DNA of 64,000 nucleotides, taken from contig CM102283.1 of assembly GCA_046563655.1 (NCBI GenBank), positions 1,054,001 through 1,118,000 on the forward strand. The letters run 5' to 3'. Under the pieces are notes generated by a model. It made no database searches and was not told where the DNA came from. It saw only the letters and a list, made by a program, of their open reading frames with translations. Shown piece after piece: positions 1 to 11,321 of the stretch. How positions within the stretch are numbered: the stretch's first letter is position 1; each line of letters begins with the position of its first letter. A program made the position numbers and the translations under genes. The stretch is from Yuukianura sp. NJ FZ-2021. Lineage: Eukaryota.

Positions 1-222
1 TTAAAACGCTAAAGTACAAGGTGACATCTTAAGTTAGGATAGATGTTAATCTATCCTAAATTTAAGTTAAATAGAAGTTAAATAATAAAGTTAATAGATA
101 GAAGTTAAGTAAGATGTTAAGTTAAGATTCTTAACTATAATTATTGTTTAGTATTATGTTTATAATACTAAATTTATGTTCGTGAACAGGTAAATAGTGC
201 CGGACTTCACTTGGATGTTATA

Positions 223-501
223 ATGGGGGGAAACTACTCGGTGGAACTTGAACATGCCGCTAAAGAACCGATTCTCGTTAAACATTTCTTCCAATTCGAA
301 GTCATCAGTCACTGGACCATGCAAGCTTTTTTCCTCAGTGCCTGTATTTACTTGCTCACTCTGGCTATCAACCAGATCGTCCTGCTGCTCTCCGTTATAC
401 TGGCTTCTCCTATTCTAACTACTGCTGTCATGGTTACAGTCCTTCCAGGAAGCGGGGTACTCCTCTTCCAACTGTTCAAGTGGGTCAACGACAATCGCTG
501 A
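223..501 (+). CDS. Small hydrophobic putative membrane protein, MGGNYS family copy A1 (92 aa)
   Basis: ATG at 223 gives MGGNYSVEL...; long hydrophobic stretches; paralogous to 28274-28561 and 29118-29429 (shared HWT..F.....LL and V...P...VLL motifs). Confidence 0.5.
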   Translation: MGGNYSVELEHAAKEPILVKHFFQFEVISHWTMQAFFLSACIYLLTLAINQIVLLLSVILASPILTTAVMVTVLPGSGVLLFQLFKWVNDNR

Positions 502-840
502 TCGCAAGTAACTACAGCTGTGAAACTCTATGGAGTGAATTAATCTCTTCTCAAGTTTACAGTAAACTACCACTGCTTCTCCTAACTTAGTTTCACTTTA
601 ATTAAACCATAATCATAAACTAACTAATCATTGAAGATAATATTAATATTGCAACCTACCAGAAATATTGTGCTTTTGTCGCAAATTAGTAACTACTATA
701 GAGTGGTAGACTTATCAGATTTATCACTATCAAAGCCAATTACTGAAGTAAAATGAAACTTTTTTTTCCAACTATTGCCAGTTGCGCTTGAAAGTTACAA
801 AAAGCGCAGATAGCACTTACTTTTTAAAGCTGTTTTTTTA

Positions 841-1478
841 ACCCTTCAAAAGCGGATACTTACAAAAGCGGATCCCTACAAAAGCGGATTCCTACAAAAG
901 CGGACCCTTACAAAATCGTATCCCTACAAAAGAGGATGCCGGGCTATCCTTGTTTTTGTTAAGTTTCTCATACGTGGTTGTATGATTGGTGTTTAAAAGA
1001 AAATTTTATGCGAATCGAGTAGTTTCCACCCATTTCAAATAACCCGACTGATCACTTTTAGGTAAACGGAGTGATGATGCAAGCTTTCCTGTTTCCATAC
1101 AATTTAGTTTAAAGTAATATAGTAATTATAATGAAATATAACGTGAAATGTCAAAAAACTAGACCTTGCGAAATGATTGGTTTAAACAAACAATTCGATT
1201 TTACGGTGCTGTATGATGAGGATGAAGTAATATTTCACACTTTAACACTCCGTTTACCTAAAAGTGATCAGTCGGGTTATTTGAAATGGGTGGAAACTAC
1301 TCGATTCGCATAAAATTTTCTTTTAAACACCAATCATACAACCACGTATGAGAAACTTAACAAAAACAAGGATAGCCCGGCATCCTCTTTTGTAGGGATA
1401 CGATTTTGTAAGGGTCCGCTTTTGTAGGAATCCGCTTTTGTAGGGATCCGCTTTTGTAAGTATCCGCTTTTGAAGGGT
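841..1478. repeat. Inverted repeat with 233-bp arms (841-1073, 1246-1478) and a 172-bp spacer
   Basis: Arms read as exact reverse complements wherever I compared them (ACCCTTCAAAAGCGG... vs ...CCGCTTTTGAAGGGT; ...GGTAAACGGAGTG vs CACTCCGTTTACC...). Confidence 0.95.
1286..1305 (+). pseudogene. Truncated start of MGGNYS family copy B1
   Basis: ATGGGTGGAAACTACTCGAT is identical to 29118-29137 and the upstream sequence is homologous; homology then stops abruptly. Confidence 0.6.
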
Positions 1479-1559
1479 ACGATTTTGTAAAGTAGCTTTT
1501 GTAAATTATACGCTTTTGTAAGAGTACGATTTTGTATATACGCTTTTGTCGGCGGACCC
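1386..1559. mobile_element. Probable single terminal arm of a DNA transposon with ~17-18-bp subterminal tandem repeats
   Basis: About ten copies of an (C)CGCTTTTGTA-core motif ending in GTCGGCGGACCC; architecture typical of Mutator/foldback-type ends; no partner end found. Confidence 0.4.
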
Positions 1560-2076
1560 TGCGTACATCAGACTAAGAGTACCCTGGTCCATCTGTACGC
1601 TTACACCTAGTTTTTAGCGTACATTTGTTTAAGCGTGCGGGTTTTTTGCACATACGATCAATTGCCTGTACGCTTAGGCGATTTCACGCGTTCAAAACTT
1701 TTCTGAAATAAGTTATTGCAATTTTTAAAAAAATTCTCGGATTAAAGTCATGAGTGAAAGGGTAATTTTTAATCACAGCAACTGCATTAGAAGTGGGAAA
1801 TTATAAAATAATTTTGCCACCCATATCCCTCCATACTATGTAATGCTGATTACGGGAAGACTTACGTAAAACACCTCGACATTGGTCTTTTCAATCGCCG
1901 ATAGGGGCAAAATTGGCTTGAAATGTCAGAAAATTGTCAAAAATTCGCTAAAAATACCTCCTTTTTGTCAAATTCTGAGAATATTTTGCTAAATATTTTT
2001 TATATTTTTTTTCGAGAAATATTTTTTAAAAATATAAAAATATGTAATATATAAAAAAATATGTTTTGCGGCTCTG

Positions 2077-3764
2077 TGCATTACCAACTTGGCGCTTTAC
2101 AAATTCCTCTGTGCATAAATTTTTTTCAATACAAGTTTGAGGACCATGTCCTGTGCCACTTCGCTGTTATAATTTGAGTTCCACATGTCACCACATGCCT
2201 GTATTTTCAGGATTATGAGACTGACCAACAATGGAAAACCGCCCATATATGCCTGGAATGAGACATAACTGCATTACGAACTTGGCGCTTTACAAATTCC
2301 GTTGTGCAAAAAATTTTTTCAATACAAGTTTGAGGACCATGTCCTGTGCCACTTCGCTGTTATAATTTGAGTTCCACATGTCACCACATGCCTGTATTTT
2401 CAGGATTATGAGACTGACCAACAATGGAAAACCGCCCATATATGCCTGAAATGAGACATAACTGCATTACCAACTTGGCGCTTTACAAATTCCTCTGTGC
2501 ATAAATTTTTTTCAATACAAGTTTGAGGACCATGTCCTGTGCCACTTCGCTGTTATAATTTGAGTTCCACGTGTCACCACATGCCTGTATTTTCAGGATT
2601 ATGAGACTGACCAACAATGGAAAACCGCCCATATATGCCTGAAATGAAACATAACTGCATTACCAACTTGGCGCTTTACAAATTCCTCTGTGCATAAATT
2701 TTTTCAATACAAGTTTGAGGACCATGTCCTGTGCCACTTCGCTGTTATAATTTGAGTTCCAGATGTCACCACATGCCTGTATTTTCAGGATTATGAGACT
2801 GACCAACAATGGAAAACCGCCTATATATGCCTGAAATGAGACATAACTGCATTACCAACTTGGCGCTTTACAAATTCCGTTGTGCATAAATTTTTTTCAA
2901 TACAAGTTTGAGGACCATGTCCTGTGCCACTTCGCTGTTATAATTTGAGTTCCACGTGTCACCACATGCCTGTATTTTCAGGATTATGAGACTGACCAAC
3001 AATTGAGAACCGCCCATATATGCCTGAAATGAGACATAACTGCATTACCAACTTGGCGCTTTACAAATTCCGTTGTGCATAAATTTTTTTCAATACAAGT
3101 TTGAGGACCATGTCCTGTGCCACTTCGCTGTTATAATTAGAGTTCCACGTGTCACCACATGCCTGTATTTTCAGGATTATGAGACTGACCAACAATTGAG
3201 AACCGCCCATATATGCCTGAAATGAGACATAACAGCATTACCAACTTGGCGCTTTACAAATTCCTCTGTGCATAAATTTTTTTCAATACAAGTTTGAGGA
3301 CCATGTCCTGTGCCACTTCGCTGTTATAATTTGAGTTCCAGATGTCACCACATGCCTGTATTTTCAGGATTATGAGACTGACCAACAATGGAAAACCGCC
3401 CATATATGCCTGAAATGAGACATAACTGCATTACCAACTTGGCGCTTTACAAATTCCGTTGTGCAAAAATTTTTTTCAATACAAGTTTGAGGACCATGTC
3501 CTGTGCCACTTCGCTGTTATAATTTGAGTTCCACGTGTCACCACATGCCTGTATTTTCAGGATTATGAGACTGACCAACAATGGAAAACCGCCCATATAT
3601 GCCTGAAATGAGACATAACTGCATTACCAACTTGGCGCTTTACAAATTCCTCTGTGCATAAATTTTTTTCAATACAAGTTTGAGGACCATGTCCTGTGCC
3701 ACTTCGCTGTTATAATTTGAGTTCCACATGTCACCACATGCCTGTATTTTCAGGATTATGAGAC
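2077..3764. repeat. 193-bp satellite array, left part (~8.7 monomers)
   Basis: GCATTAC..ACTTGGCGCTTTACAAATTCC recurs at 2078, 2271, 2464, 2657... Confidence 0.97.
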
Positions 3765-3765
3765 G

Positions 3766-3992
3766 AAAAGAAGTTATCTTTAAAATATTTACATTTAATT
3801 GTAAATTCAATTGATAATTGAAAAGAAGTGCAGACCATGCTGCTTCCCAATCAGAATTCGAAGTGAAGGTGGCAGTTCCTCTGCTCATCTTCTGCACACT
3901 CTTTACACCTTTTGGATATGCCTATATCTTAACACTTTTTACACTTTGAATTTGGCGCTTTCCACTTGAGAAGCGTCTCAAATGCCAAAACA
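3766..3992 (-). repeat. 3' LTR (outer ~50 bp deleted)
   Basis: On the minus strand begins TGTTTTGGC directly after the polypurine tract GGAGGGCGG; matches 10087-10260 and 16101-16155. Confidence 0.9.
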
Positions 3993-4488
3993 CCGCCCTC
4001 CATTGAATGACTAGGTCATTCAATTCACAAAATAGAAAAAGAAAATGGCGACCAATTCTGGATACATGCAAATGTAGGAAATAACCCAACCTGAACCGAC
4101 GCCACTGGATTCGGTGGCTGAAGGTGGACTAGGCCTTCTTCCAGTTGCTCAGGCTGGAATTGCCGTTTTCTAGACCCTACCAGTAACTCTGAACCTGAAA
4201 GATTACCCCCACAATCACAAGATCCAGAATTGGAGCACCTTACGTTCAGTAATTAATTTTACTTGAACGGGAGGTTTTTTGGCAGATGATTTTTTACCCC
4301 TAATTTTAGTATTTGAAAGAGATAGAACTTGAAACTAACTGTAACCTAAACACCTATGTTTTGATTGCTTGAAAAAGCTACTTAACACTTATGATTTTAA
4401 ATGTAACTTTAACCCAAATTTTAAAGTTAATGAAATAAATGAATATTTTTGAATTTAACACTATTTACACAATTTCCCTAGACTTACG

Positions 4489-6300
4489 CTACTCTGGCTC
4501 GAGTAATTTCACAATTTTGACAATTGGACGAAGTAGCACATGATCTTTCACTTTGGATTTTCCTTTCTTGTCGATTTCAGTGGTCTTGTAGATTACTTCC
4601 ACTGATCGTACCAAATTGTCATCTCCAGGGAATGTTTTGGCGATTCTGGCTAGTTTCCACTTCAACGGTGGAGTGTCGTCGTCTTTGATGAGAACGAGAT
4701 CCCCAGTCTTCACATTTTCGGATTCGTTTCGCCATTTGTTACGCTGCTGAAGAAGGTTGAGATACTCTTTCTTCCAGCGATTCCAGAAATGTTCCGACAT
4801 CTGTTGAACTCGTTGCCATCTTGACAGTCGGTTCTCCTTGATTTCAGCCAGACTTGGTTCTGGAATGGCGAGTAACGGCTTTCCGATGAGAAAGTGGCCT
4901 GGAGTCAGCGCTTCAACGTCATCTGGGTCGCGAGATTTTGCACAGATCGGCCGAGAGTTGAGCACTGCTTCCACCATTGTCAGGAGCGTATGGAACTCTT
5001 CCAGCGTCAACGTGGTGTTTCCTACCACTCTCCTGAGGTGGTACTTCGCCGATTTTACTCCTGACTCCCATAGTCCACCCATGTGAGGAGCATCAGGAGG
5101 AATGAATTTCCACTCAATTCCTGAAATGCACAAAAAATCAACGACTTTAGTATCTTGAATAATCTTTTGCCATTCCGCAATTTCATTGGCTGCGCCCACA
5201 AAATTTTTGCCATTGTCAGAATGGATTACTGACACAAGTCCTCTCCTGGAAATAAATCTTTTTAGAGTGGCAATGAACGCTGCCGTGGTTAGGTCAGTCA
5301 CGGGTTCCAAATGGATTGCCCGTGTGGCAAAACAGACAAACACGCAGAAATACCCATCAAATTGCCTTTTGCCACGCCCATATTTTTCTTGTAGCTTAAT
5401 AGGGCCTGCGTAGTCGACTCCACAGTGAGTAAATGGAGGAGAGGGGGTTACTCTCGCCTTTGGCAAAGATCCCATCAGTTGTTCACTGGCTCTGGCTCGA
5501 AGTCTTTTACACTTTAGGCAGTCTCTGACCACCTGTCGAATTGTGACTCGTGCACGTACAATCCAGAACTTTTTGGCCAAGTTAGCCCACAACAGCTGAT
5601 AATTGGCATGTAAATAAAATTGGTGGTAGTACCTTACCATGATTTTGGTGAAATGACTATGACCTGATAGAATGATGGGGTGACATTGCTCACTAGGAAG
5701 ATCAGACTTCTGGAGTCTCCCACCAACACGCATGAGTCCCTGACTGTCCAGGAATGGATTTAGTGATTCCAGTGCACTTCCCTTGTCGACTCGATTGTTT
5801 TTCTTTAAGGCCATTATGTCGTCATTGTAGTCGTCTTCTTGCGCTACTTTGACACAAATGAGGAAGGCTCGGTCAGTTTCTTCAACTGTCAAGTCACCAG
5901 TAAGCCTCTCCCCCTGTTTCAAATTCCTGCAATTTGAAACAAATCGCAATGCGTACGCTACCGCACGGTTAAGCCTCATGTAATTTGAAAAACGATTCAT
6001 CATTTCACGATCAATTATGGCCAGATTTACCTTTACCTTTCTTAACTCAAGGAGTTCAGAGGGCTCACTTACTTTCCCTTCCGACTCAAACACTGGTAAT
6101 TCTGGATTTTTTAGCCAGTCTGGGCCACACCACCACAGTTTTGAACTTACGAGTTCATCAGCAGTTATTCCACGAGTACCAAGGTCAGCTGGATTGTCCA
6201 CTCCAGGAACAAAATTCCACGAACTGACTGGAAGAACCTCTTGGATTTCTGAAACACGATTAGCTACAAAAGTCACAAACCTACGACTTGTGTTACGTAG
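4489..6300 (-). CDS. BEL/Pao Pol C-terminal part (end of RNase H, integrase zinc-binding region and DDE core)
   Basis: TFVANRV, NPADLGTRG, LWWCGPDWL, HCGVDYAGP, SDNGKNF, GGLWE motifs; in frame with the upstream ORF across one TGA. Confidence 0.92.
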   Translation of the reverse strand, partial: LRNTSRRFVTFVANRVSEIQEVLPVSSWNFVPGVDNPADLGTRGITADELVSSKLWWCGPDWLKNPELPVFESEGKVSEPSELLELRKVKVNLAIIDREMMNRFSNYMRLNRAVAYALRFVSNCRNLKQGERLTGDLTVEETDRAFLICVKVAQEDDYNDDIMALKKNNRVDKGSALESLNPFLDSQGLMRVGGRLQKSDLPSEQCHPIILSGHSHFTKIMVRYYHQFYLHANYQLLWANLAKKFWIVRARVTIRQVVRDCLKCKRLRARASEQLMGSLPKARVTPSPPFTHCGVDYAGPIKLQEKYGRGKRQFDGYFCVFVCFATRAIHLEPVTDLTTAAFIATLKRFISRRGLVSVIHSDNGKNFVGAANEIAEWQKIIQDTKVVDFLCISGIEWKFIPPDAPHMGGLWESGVKSAKYHLRRVVGNTTLTLEEFHTLLTMVEAVLNSRPICAKSRDPDDVEALTPGHFLIGKPLLAIPEPSLAEIKENRLSRWQRVQQMSEHFWNRWKKEYLNLLQQRNKWRNESENVKTGDLVLIKDDDTPPLKWKLARIAKTFPGDDNLVRSVEVIYKTTEIDKKGKSKVKDHVLLRPIVKIVKLLEPE

Positions 6301-9300
6301 TCACTTCAGAACCGTTTCGCTGTCCGTCCATGCCATGATTGGACAATGTAACCGTGTTGCTTCCATCACTTTCGGGATTAATTTGGACAAAAGAAGAGCA
6401 CCGCAAAGCTCAAGTCTCGGAAGGCTGATTTGCTTCATGGGAGCTACCTTCGTCTTTGAAGCAACGATGTTTGTGGTGACCCGACCATTCCTCTGACTTG
6501 ACCGAACGTACACCACCGCGCAGTACGCAAGTTCAGAGGCGTCACTAAATCCATGAATTTCAATTATTCCTGGAACACCTGAGAACAAACACCTTGGAAT
6601 GGTTAGACCTTTTATGTTCTGGACACTTTGGACATAGTCATGCCATTGTCCAGCCAGATCAGGAGGAATCTCATCGTCCCATGAGAGTATTCCATTTTCC
6701 TTTCCTGAAACTGGTGACCACAGAACCTGAAAATAAACTTTGATTTTAACAGTTAGGGGGGACAAAAAACCAAGTGGGTCAAAAACCTTGGACATAGTCG
6801 ACAAGACCGTCCTCTTTGTGACCACGCCCACTGGTTTTGGAGTGTAACCTTTAAAATGAAAGTAGTCACCTCCACTGTCCCAACACACTCCTAAAACTCT
6901 GTCAAAATCAGCATCACATGTTATTACCTCATTTTTACCTCGGTTGATTTTAGGAATGGACTTCAGTACATCTTTCGAATTGGAGTCCCACTTTGTAATT
7001 TCCAGACAACCACGACGTAGAAGCCCTTCTAGCTCTGTCACGAGTTGGTTAGCCTCTTGGACACTGTTGGCTCCTCCCATCAAGTCGTCCACGTAAAAAT
7101 TTGACTTTAGTACCTCAGCAGCCATTGGAAATTTGCCTTTCTCGTCTTCTGCGAGTTGCTGGAGGCATCTGACGGCGTGAAATGGGGCGGAGCTTGTGCC
7201 GTATGTCACCGTTTGAAGTTCGTATTCACCAATTTCATCACTTGGTGTTTGTCTCCAGAGGATCCGTTGTTTTCTCTGGTCACATTTGTCCACGAGGAAT
7301 TGACGGTACATCTTTACGATGTCCGCCTTAAGTGCAATTTTATTAGTCCTGAAAAACAACAAATGAGAAAAAATATCAGGTTGTATAGTCGGACCCACTA
7401 AAAGACACTCATTCAACGACACATTATTTGACGTTTTCGCTGAACCGTCAAACACCACTCGTAATTTCGTTGTTGTGCTCGTGTCTTTCAAGACAAAATG
7501 ATGGGGCAAATAATTGGTCTCTCCAATGACCTCACCCTCCTCCGACTTGGTCACTCGACTCATGTGGCCAAGTTCTTGGTATTTTGACATAAATTGGTGG
7601 TAGTCGTCCTTGTACTGAGGGACCTTTTGCAAACGTTTTTCGATTCCCAATAATCGACTTACGGCCATGTCCCGTGACGAACCCAATTTGACACAATCAT
7701 TTTTGTATGGTAATTTGACCACGTACCGGCCACTCTCAGTCCTGGAGTGGTTTGACACAAAATGTTGTTCTGCCAGTGCCTCCTCTTTAGTGTACACCGG
7801 CCGAATTGGGACACTCTCAAGTTCCCAAAATTTTTTCACATACGACTCACACACAGAAGTAGAAAAGTTGACACTTACGTTTTTTGTAGTGCTTACCGGG
7901 CCAGATATGACCCACCCAAACTCAGTTTCCTCAGCGATGGGAAGACTAACGTCACTTTGTACCTTCTTTCCAGTCTTCAAACGGGCCACAAATTCACTGC
8001 CAAGTAGAATGTCCACATCGCTGGGCTGAAGATAGGTTGGATCTGCCAACTCCAAATTTTTCAAATGTGGCCAATCAGTGTTTTTCACAAGAAACGAGGG
8101 CAGAGTACCTGTAACTTTGTTCAAGACTAGAGCACAAACATTAATTTCAAAATTCTTAATTCTAGATTTGACACAAAAGTTCGTTTCTCCCAACGCTCTT
8201 TCGACCTGGGTTCCTGAAATGCCTGTAATGGTCACATTAGCACGATGTTTTTTCAAACCTAATTTTTTGACACACGAATTTGAAATGAAGTTGGACTCAG
8301 AACCTTGGTCCAACAAGACACGACAATTTTGGTAATCACCAAAGGAGTCCATTACACTCACCACAGCTGTAGCCAAAATAACACGAGTACTAGAACAGTA
8401 CAGTGCTGTGGTTGAAGTGGTTGGTTTCTCCTCCTTTGTATCCACGGCTGGAGGTTTCGGTTTTCTGTCATAGTGGAGCAGTGTGTTGTGCCGTTTTTGA
8501 CATTTTGCACATTTAAATTTAGACACACACTTGCTCTCACCGTGACCACCCCTAAGGCAACAGAAACACAAATTTTTAGATTTTACAAATTTCTCACGTT
8601 CGTCGACTGCCATGGCGTTGAATTGGTCACATTTGAACAACGAATGTTCACCCCCGCATTTTGGACATGGGACCTTGGAGGACGATTGGTGAGACTTTTT
8701 CTCAGTGGGTTTCTCAGCAGTCTTTTTCTCACTGTGACCCGATTTTTCTGAGCCAACATTTAACCCACGAAGGTGATCTTCCAGAAAGTCCTTGACCTCG
8801 CTAAATTTTGGCATCTGCGTACCTTTGAAATGGCGGGTCCACTCACGTTTTGTTTCAACCGAAACTTTTTCTAAAATCAAAAAAATCAGAAAAGAGTCCC
8901 ACTTGTCCACAGGCTCCTTCAACACCTGAAGTGACCTGATGGACTGATTAAAAACATCAAGCAACTTCCGTAGTGCTTGTGCGGACTCATTAGCAATTGG
9001 TTTGAAATTCACAATATTTTTCAAAAATGAAAATATGATTTGGCGCGGGTTTTCATACCGCTCTTTGAGGCTGTCCCATGCCTCTTCAAAAGTCCCATTG
9101 CTCAAATCGAAGTACTTGAGCGCTTCTTCAGCCTCACCCTTCAGCGTAGGCTGGAGATATCCCAGCTTCTGGCTTCCAGTCAAGTCAGGATTATTGACAA
9201 TGTAAGTCAAAATTAAATCCTTGTAGGACAGCCAGTCTTCGTATTTGCCGCTGAACGTGGGTAGTTCCAACTTCGGCATATTTACTTTCATTTTTCCAGA

Positions 9301-9756
9301 TGCTGAGCCTCCACTGACCTGGGACTCAAAAGAAATCAATTTCAGATTAATTGCATCTAAAAACTTATCACACACATTTAATTCCGCAGCCTGCGCGCGT
9401 ATTTGCGTTTCGTCGTCGCAGTTCATGTACACATCGCTGCGCAATTCACTTAGCCTTGTTTCGAAACCCTCAAGTTTCTTCCGTTCCATCGCCATCCTGG
9501 GCTTGGACACAAGGGTGGGATTTGTGCTGTACTCCTCCACTTTTTGCTGAAAATACTGGAGGTCAAAGTTGAAACCTCTTATGGCTTTTACCATTCTCTG
9601 CATGTTTTCAGACTCCACACTTGGTAGTGACACGCTCAGCATTGATTTCGAGCCAGTCGGCTTGACCTGACCTTGACCTTTTGCTGCAGCCACCTTACTC
9701 TCTTGTTCTTGGTCAGACATGGCCAAAGACGATTCTTTGGCTTTCTTCATGGTCAA
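6301..9756 (-). CDS. BEL/Pao Gag-Pol N-terminal part (Gag with three Cys/His knuckles, aspartic protease, RT, RNase H)
   Basis: LPTFSGKYEDW; CPKCGGEHSLFKC/CFCCLRGGH/CAKCQKRHNTLLH; LLDQGSE; KLRVVFDGS; YVDD; FSDAS; LPRLELCGA; ends in a premature TGA. Confidence 0.93.
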   Translation of the reverse strand: MTMKKAKESSLAMSDQEQESKVAAAKGQGQVKPTGSKSMLSVSLPSVESENMQRMVKAIRGFNFDLQYFQQKVEEYSTNPTLVSKPRMAMERKKLEGFETRLSELRSDVYMNCDDETQIRAQAAELNVCDKFLDAINLKLISFESQVSGGSASGKMKVNMPKLELPTFSGKYEDWLSYKDLILTYIVNNPDLTGSQKLGYLQPTLKGEAEEALKYFDLSNGTFEEAWDSLKERYENPRQIIFSFLKNIVNFKPIANESAQALRKLLDVFNQSIRSLQVLKEPVDKWDSFLIFLILEKVSVETKREWTRHFKGTQMPKFSEVKDFLEDHLRGLNVGSEKSGHSEKKTAEKPTEKKSHQSSSKVPCPKCGGEHSLFKCDQFNAMAVDEREKFVKSKNLCFCCLRGGHGESKCVSKFKCAKCQKRHNTLLHYDRKPKPPAVDTKEEKPTTSTTALYCSSTRVILATAVVSVMDSFGDYQNCRVLLDQGSESNFISNSCVKKLGLKKHRANVTITGISGTQVERALGETNFCVKSRIKNFEINVCALVLNKVTGTLPSFLVKNTDWPHLKNLELADPTYLQPSDVDILLGSEFVARLKTGKKVQSDVSLPIAEETEFGWVISGPVSTTKNVSVNFSTSVCESYVKKFWELESVPIRPVYTKEEALAEQHFVSNHSRTESGRYVVKLPYKNDCVKLGSSRDMAVSRLLGIEKRLQKVPQYKDDYHQFMSKYQELGHMSRVTKSEEGEVIGETNYLPHHFVLKDTSTTTKLRVVFDGSAKTSNNVSLNECLLVGPTIQPDIFSHLLFFRTNKIALKADIVKMYRQFLVDKCDQRKQRILWRQTPSDEIGEYELQTVTYGTSSAPFHAVRCLQQLAEDEKGKFPMAAEVLKSNFYVDDLMGGANSVQEANQLVTELEGLLRRGCLEITKWDSNSKDVLKSIPKINRGKNEVITCDADFDRVLGVCWDSGGDYFHFKGYTPKPVGVVTKRTVLSTMSKVFDPLGFLSPLTVKIKVYFQVLWSPVSGKENGILSWDDEIPPDLAGQWHDYVQSVQNIKGLTIPRCLFSGVPGIIEIHGFSDASELAYCAVVYVRSSQRNGRVTTNIVASKTKVAPMKQISLPRLELCGALLLSKLIPKVMEATRLHCPIMAWTDSETVLK

Positions 9757-10018
9757 CAGTTTGTCAACTTTGATTAATTTTACTCAAAAAGAGCCACACA
9801 CGATAAGTTAGACAATTACTGTTGCCACACACACATATGTCATGACCGAAGACTCAAGATTACACAAATACACACTGACACAATGATTAATTCATTAACA
9901 CATTTGTTCAATTGACACCTTTGAACTCACCTAAGTTAACTGTTACGTTAGTTAACGATTACCAAAATACCGCATGCTTCATCCTTTGTTGATTGGTGGT
10001 TCGTTGTCTTGTCGACGC

Positions 10019-10036
10019 AACCGTCTTTCGGCACCA
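10019..10036 (-). promoter_or_regulatory. Primer-binding site TGGTGCCGAAAGACGGTT (variant tRNA-Phe)
   Basis: Abuts the CA end of the 5' LTR; complementary to the last 15 nt of the tRNA at 59908-59980 plus CCA. Confidence 0.93.
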
Positions 10037-10260
10037 TGAAGTGAATTTGGATGGTAGAGCGGATGTTGGTTTTTGTGTTTTATTATAAAAGAAGTTATCT
10101 TTAAAATATTTACATTTAATTGTAAATTCAATTGATAATTGAAAAGAAGTGCAGACCATGCTGCTTCCCAATCAGAATTCGAAGTGAAGGTGGCAGTTCC
10201 TCTGCTCATCTTCTGCACACTCTTTACACCTTTTGGATATGCCTATATCTTAACACTTTT
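10037..10260 (-). repeat. 5' LTR, inner portion (continues at 16101-16155; full LTR ~277 bp, TG...CA)
   Basis: Matches the 3' LTR over 10087-10260; the remaining LTR sequence ACACTTTGAATTTGGCG...CCAAAACA reappears at 16104-16155. Confidence 0.92.
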
Positions 10261-11321
10261 AGTCTTCTGGAGACGCACGTCTACGACGTGCTGAAGAAGA
10301 CTATTGATACGGCTTAGTCTGTCTGTCCGTCCGTCACACTTTTTAGGACTTTTTGCACTGAAACATTAGCCCCATTATTGACCGGGGGTTCTGTATCGCT
10401 CAAGTGTTTTTATTATGTCTGCATTCCACTCAAAGTGTTATCTTAACAACGTAGAAATGGGCGGCCACTTTACGCACACGCAGTGTTGTCGTATTCCGAC
10501 ATTTTTCGGTTTCCATTATACTTAAAATTTATTTAAACAACGAAGATTTGACCCTGTCATTTGCTGACAGTAGGTTTATTCACATTGTTAATTTAAGCCT
10601 AGTTCGAGGGTAGAAAATCCGGCTTAAATGTTTAATATGTGAATAGTGAATGAAAGGGGTCAAATGTGCAATCACAAGAAACTTATATTTTTGGTTTTTA
10701 TCAAGTGATATTCGAGCACTCCATCTCAATGTTCAATTTTGTGCATCATGCACAAAACTCAATTTCGATATCATTATTTTGATGCCGTTTGCTTTACGCT
10801 CTTGTCACTACTGCATTGTCATGGCAACACTGCAACATTGGAAGTATGTTATGTGAATGTTGTTTTCTGAATTTCAACAATTTCAACAACACTATGTTGC
10901 TAACGCTGGGTAAAAGACATTGTTATGTAAATAATACCAGTTTGTGCATTCTTTAGAACAATTACACAACATTGCTAACACTGGTGCACAACCTGGGAAC
11001 AATAAGAAACGATATTCGACACCTAATTGTGCATCAAATAATTTTGAAGAGAGTGAATACTGTGCAGAGCTTAATGTTTAGAACATTTTAATGCAAGCGG
11101 TTTTTTAATATTTTTTGCTATTGCAAACTTATGTGCTACTTATGCACAAAATATGGCCTTATATCCACACTGAAAATTTTGAGAGACGTTTTGTAGCATG
11201 AAATGCATGAAAACGGTTTCTCATCTTTTTGTTCCACGGTTTTGCGCATAGAGTTGCCAAGGAAATAAATTTTGAATTTCTCTTTAACTAGAGTGGACAT
11301 AAGGCATTGTTACAATAACAT

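Noticed and set aside
3640-3897. Twin ORFs MQKMSRG... (also 9979-10218)
   Set aside because: They are the two LTR copies read into different flanks and start at GTG
4838-9572. Plus-strand ORFs over the retrotransposon
   Set aside because: Antisense shadows of gag-pol with no independent motifs
10037-10255. A 219-bp LTR ending at TTAACA with CTTTT TSD
   Set aside because: The PPT position (3993) and the continuation at 16101-16155 show the LTR is ~277 bp and interrupted
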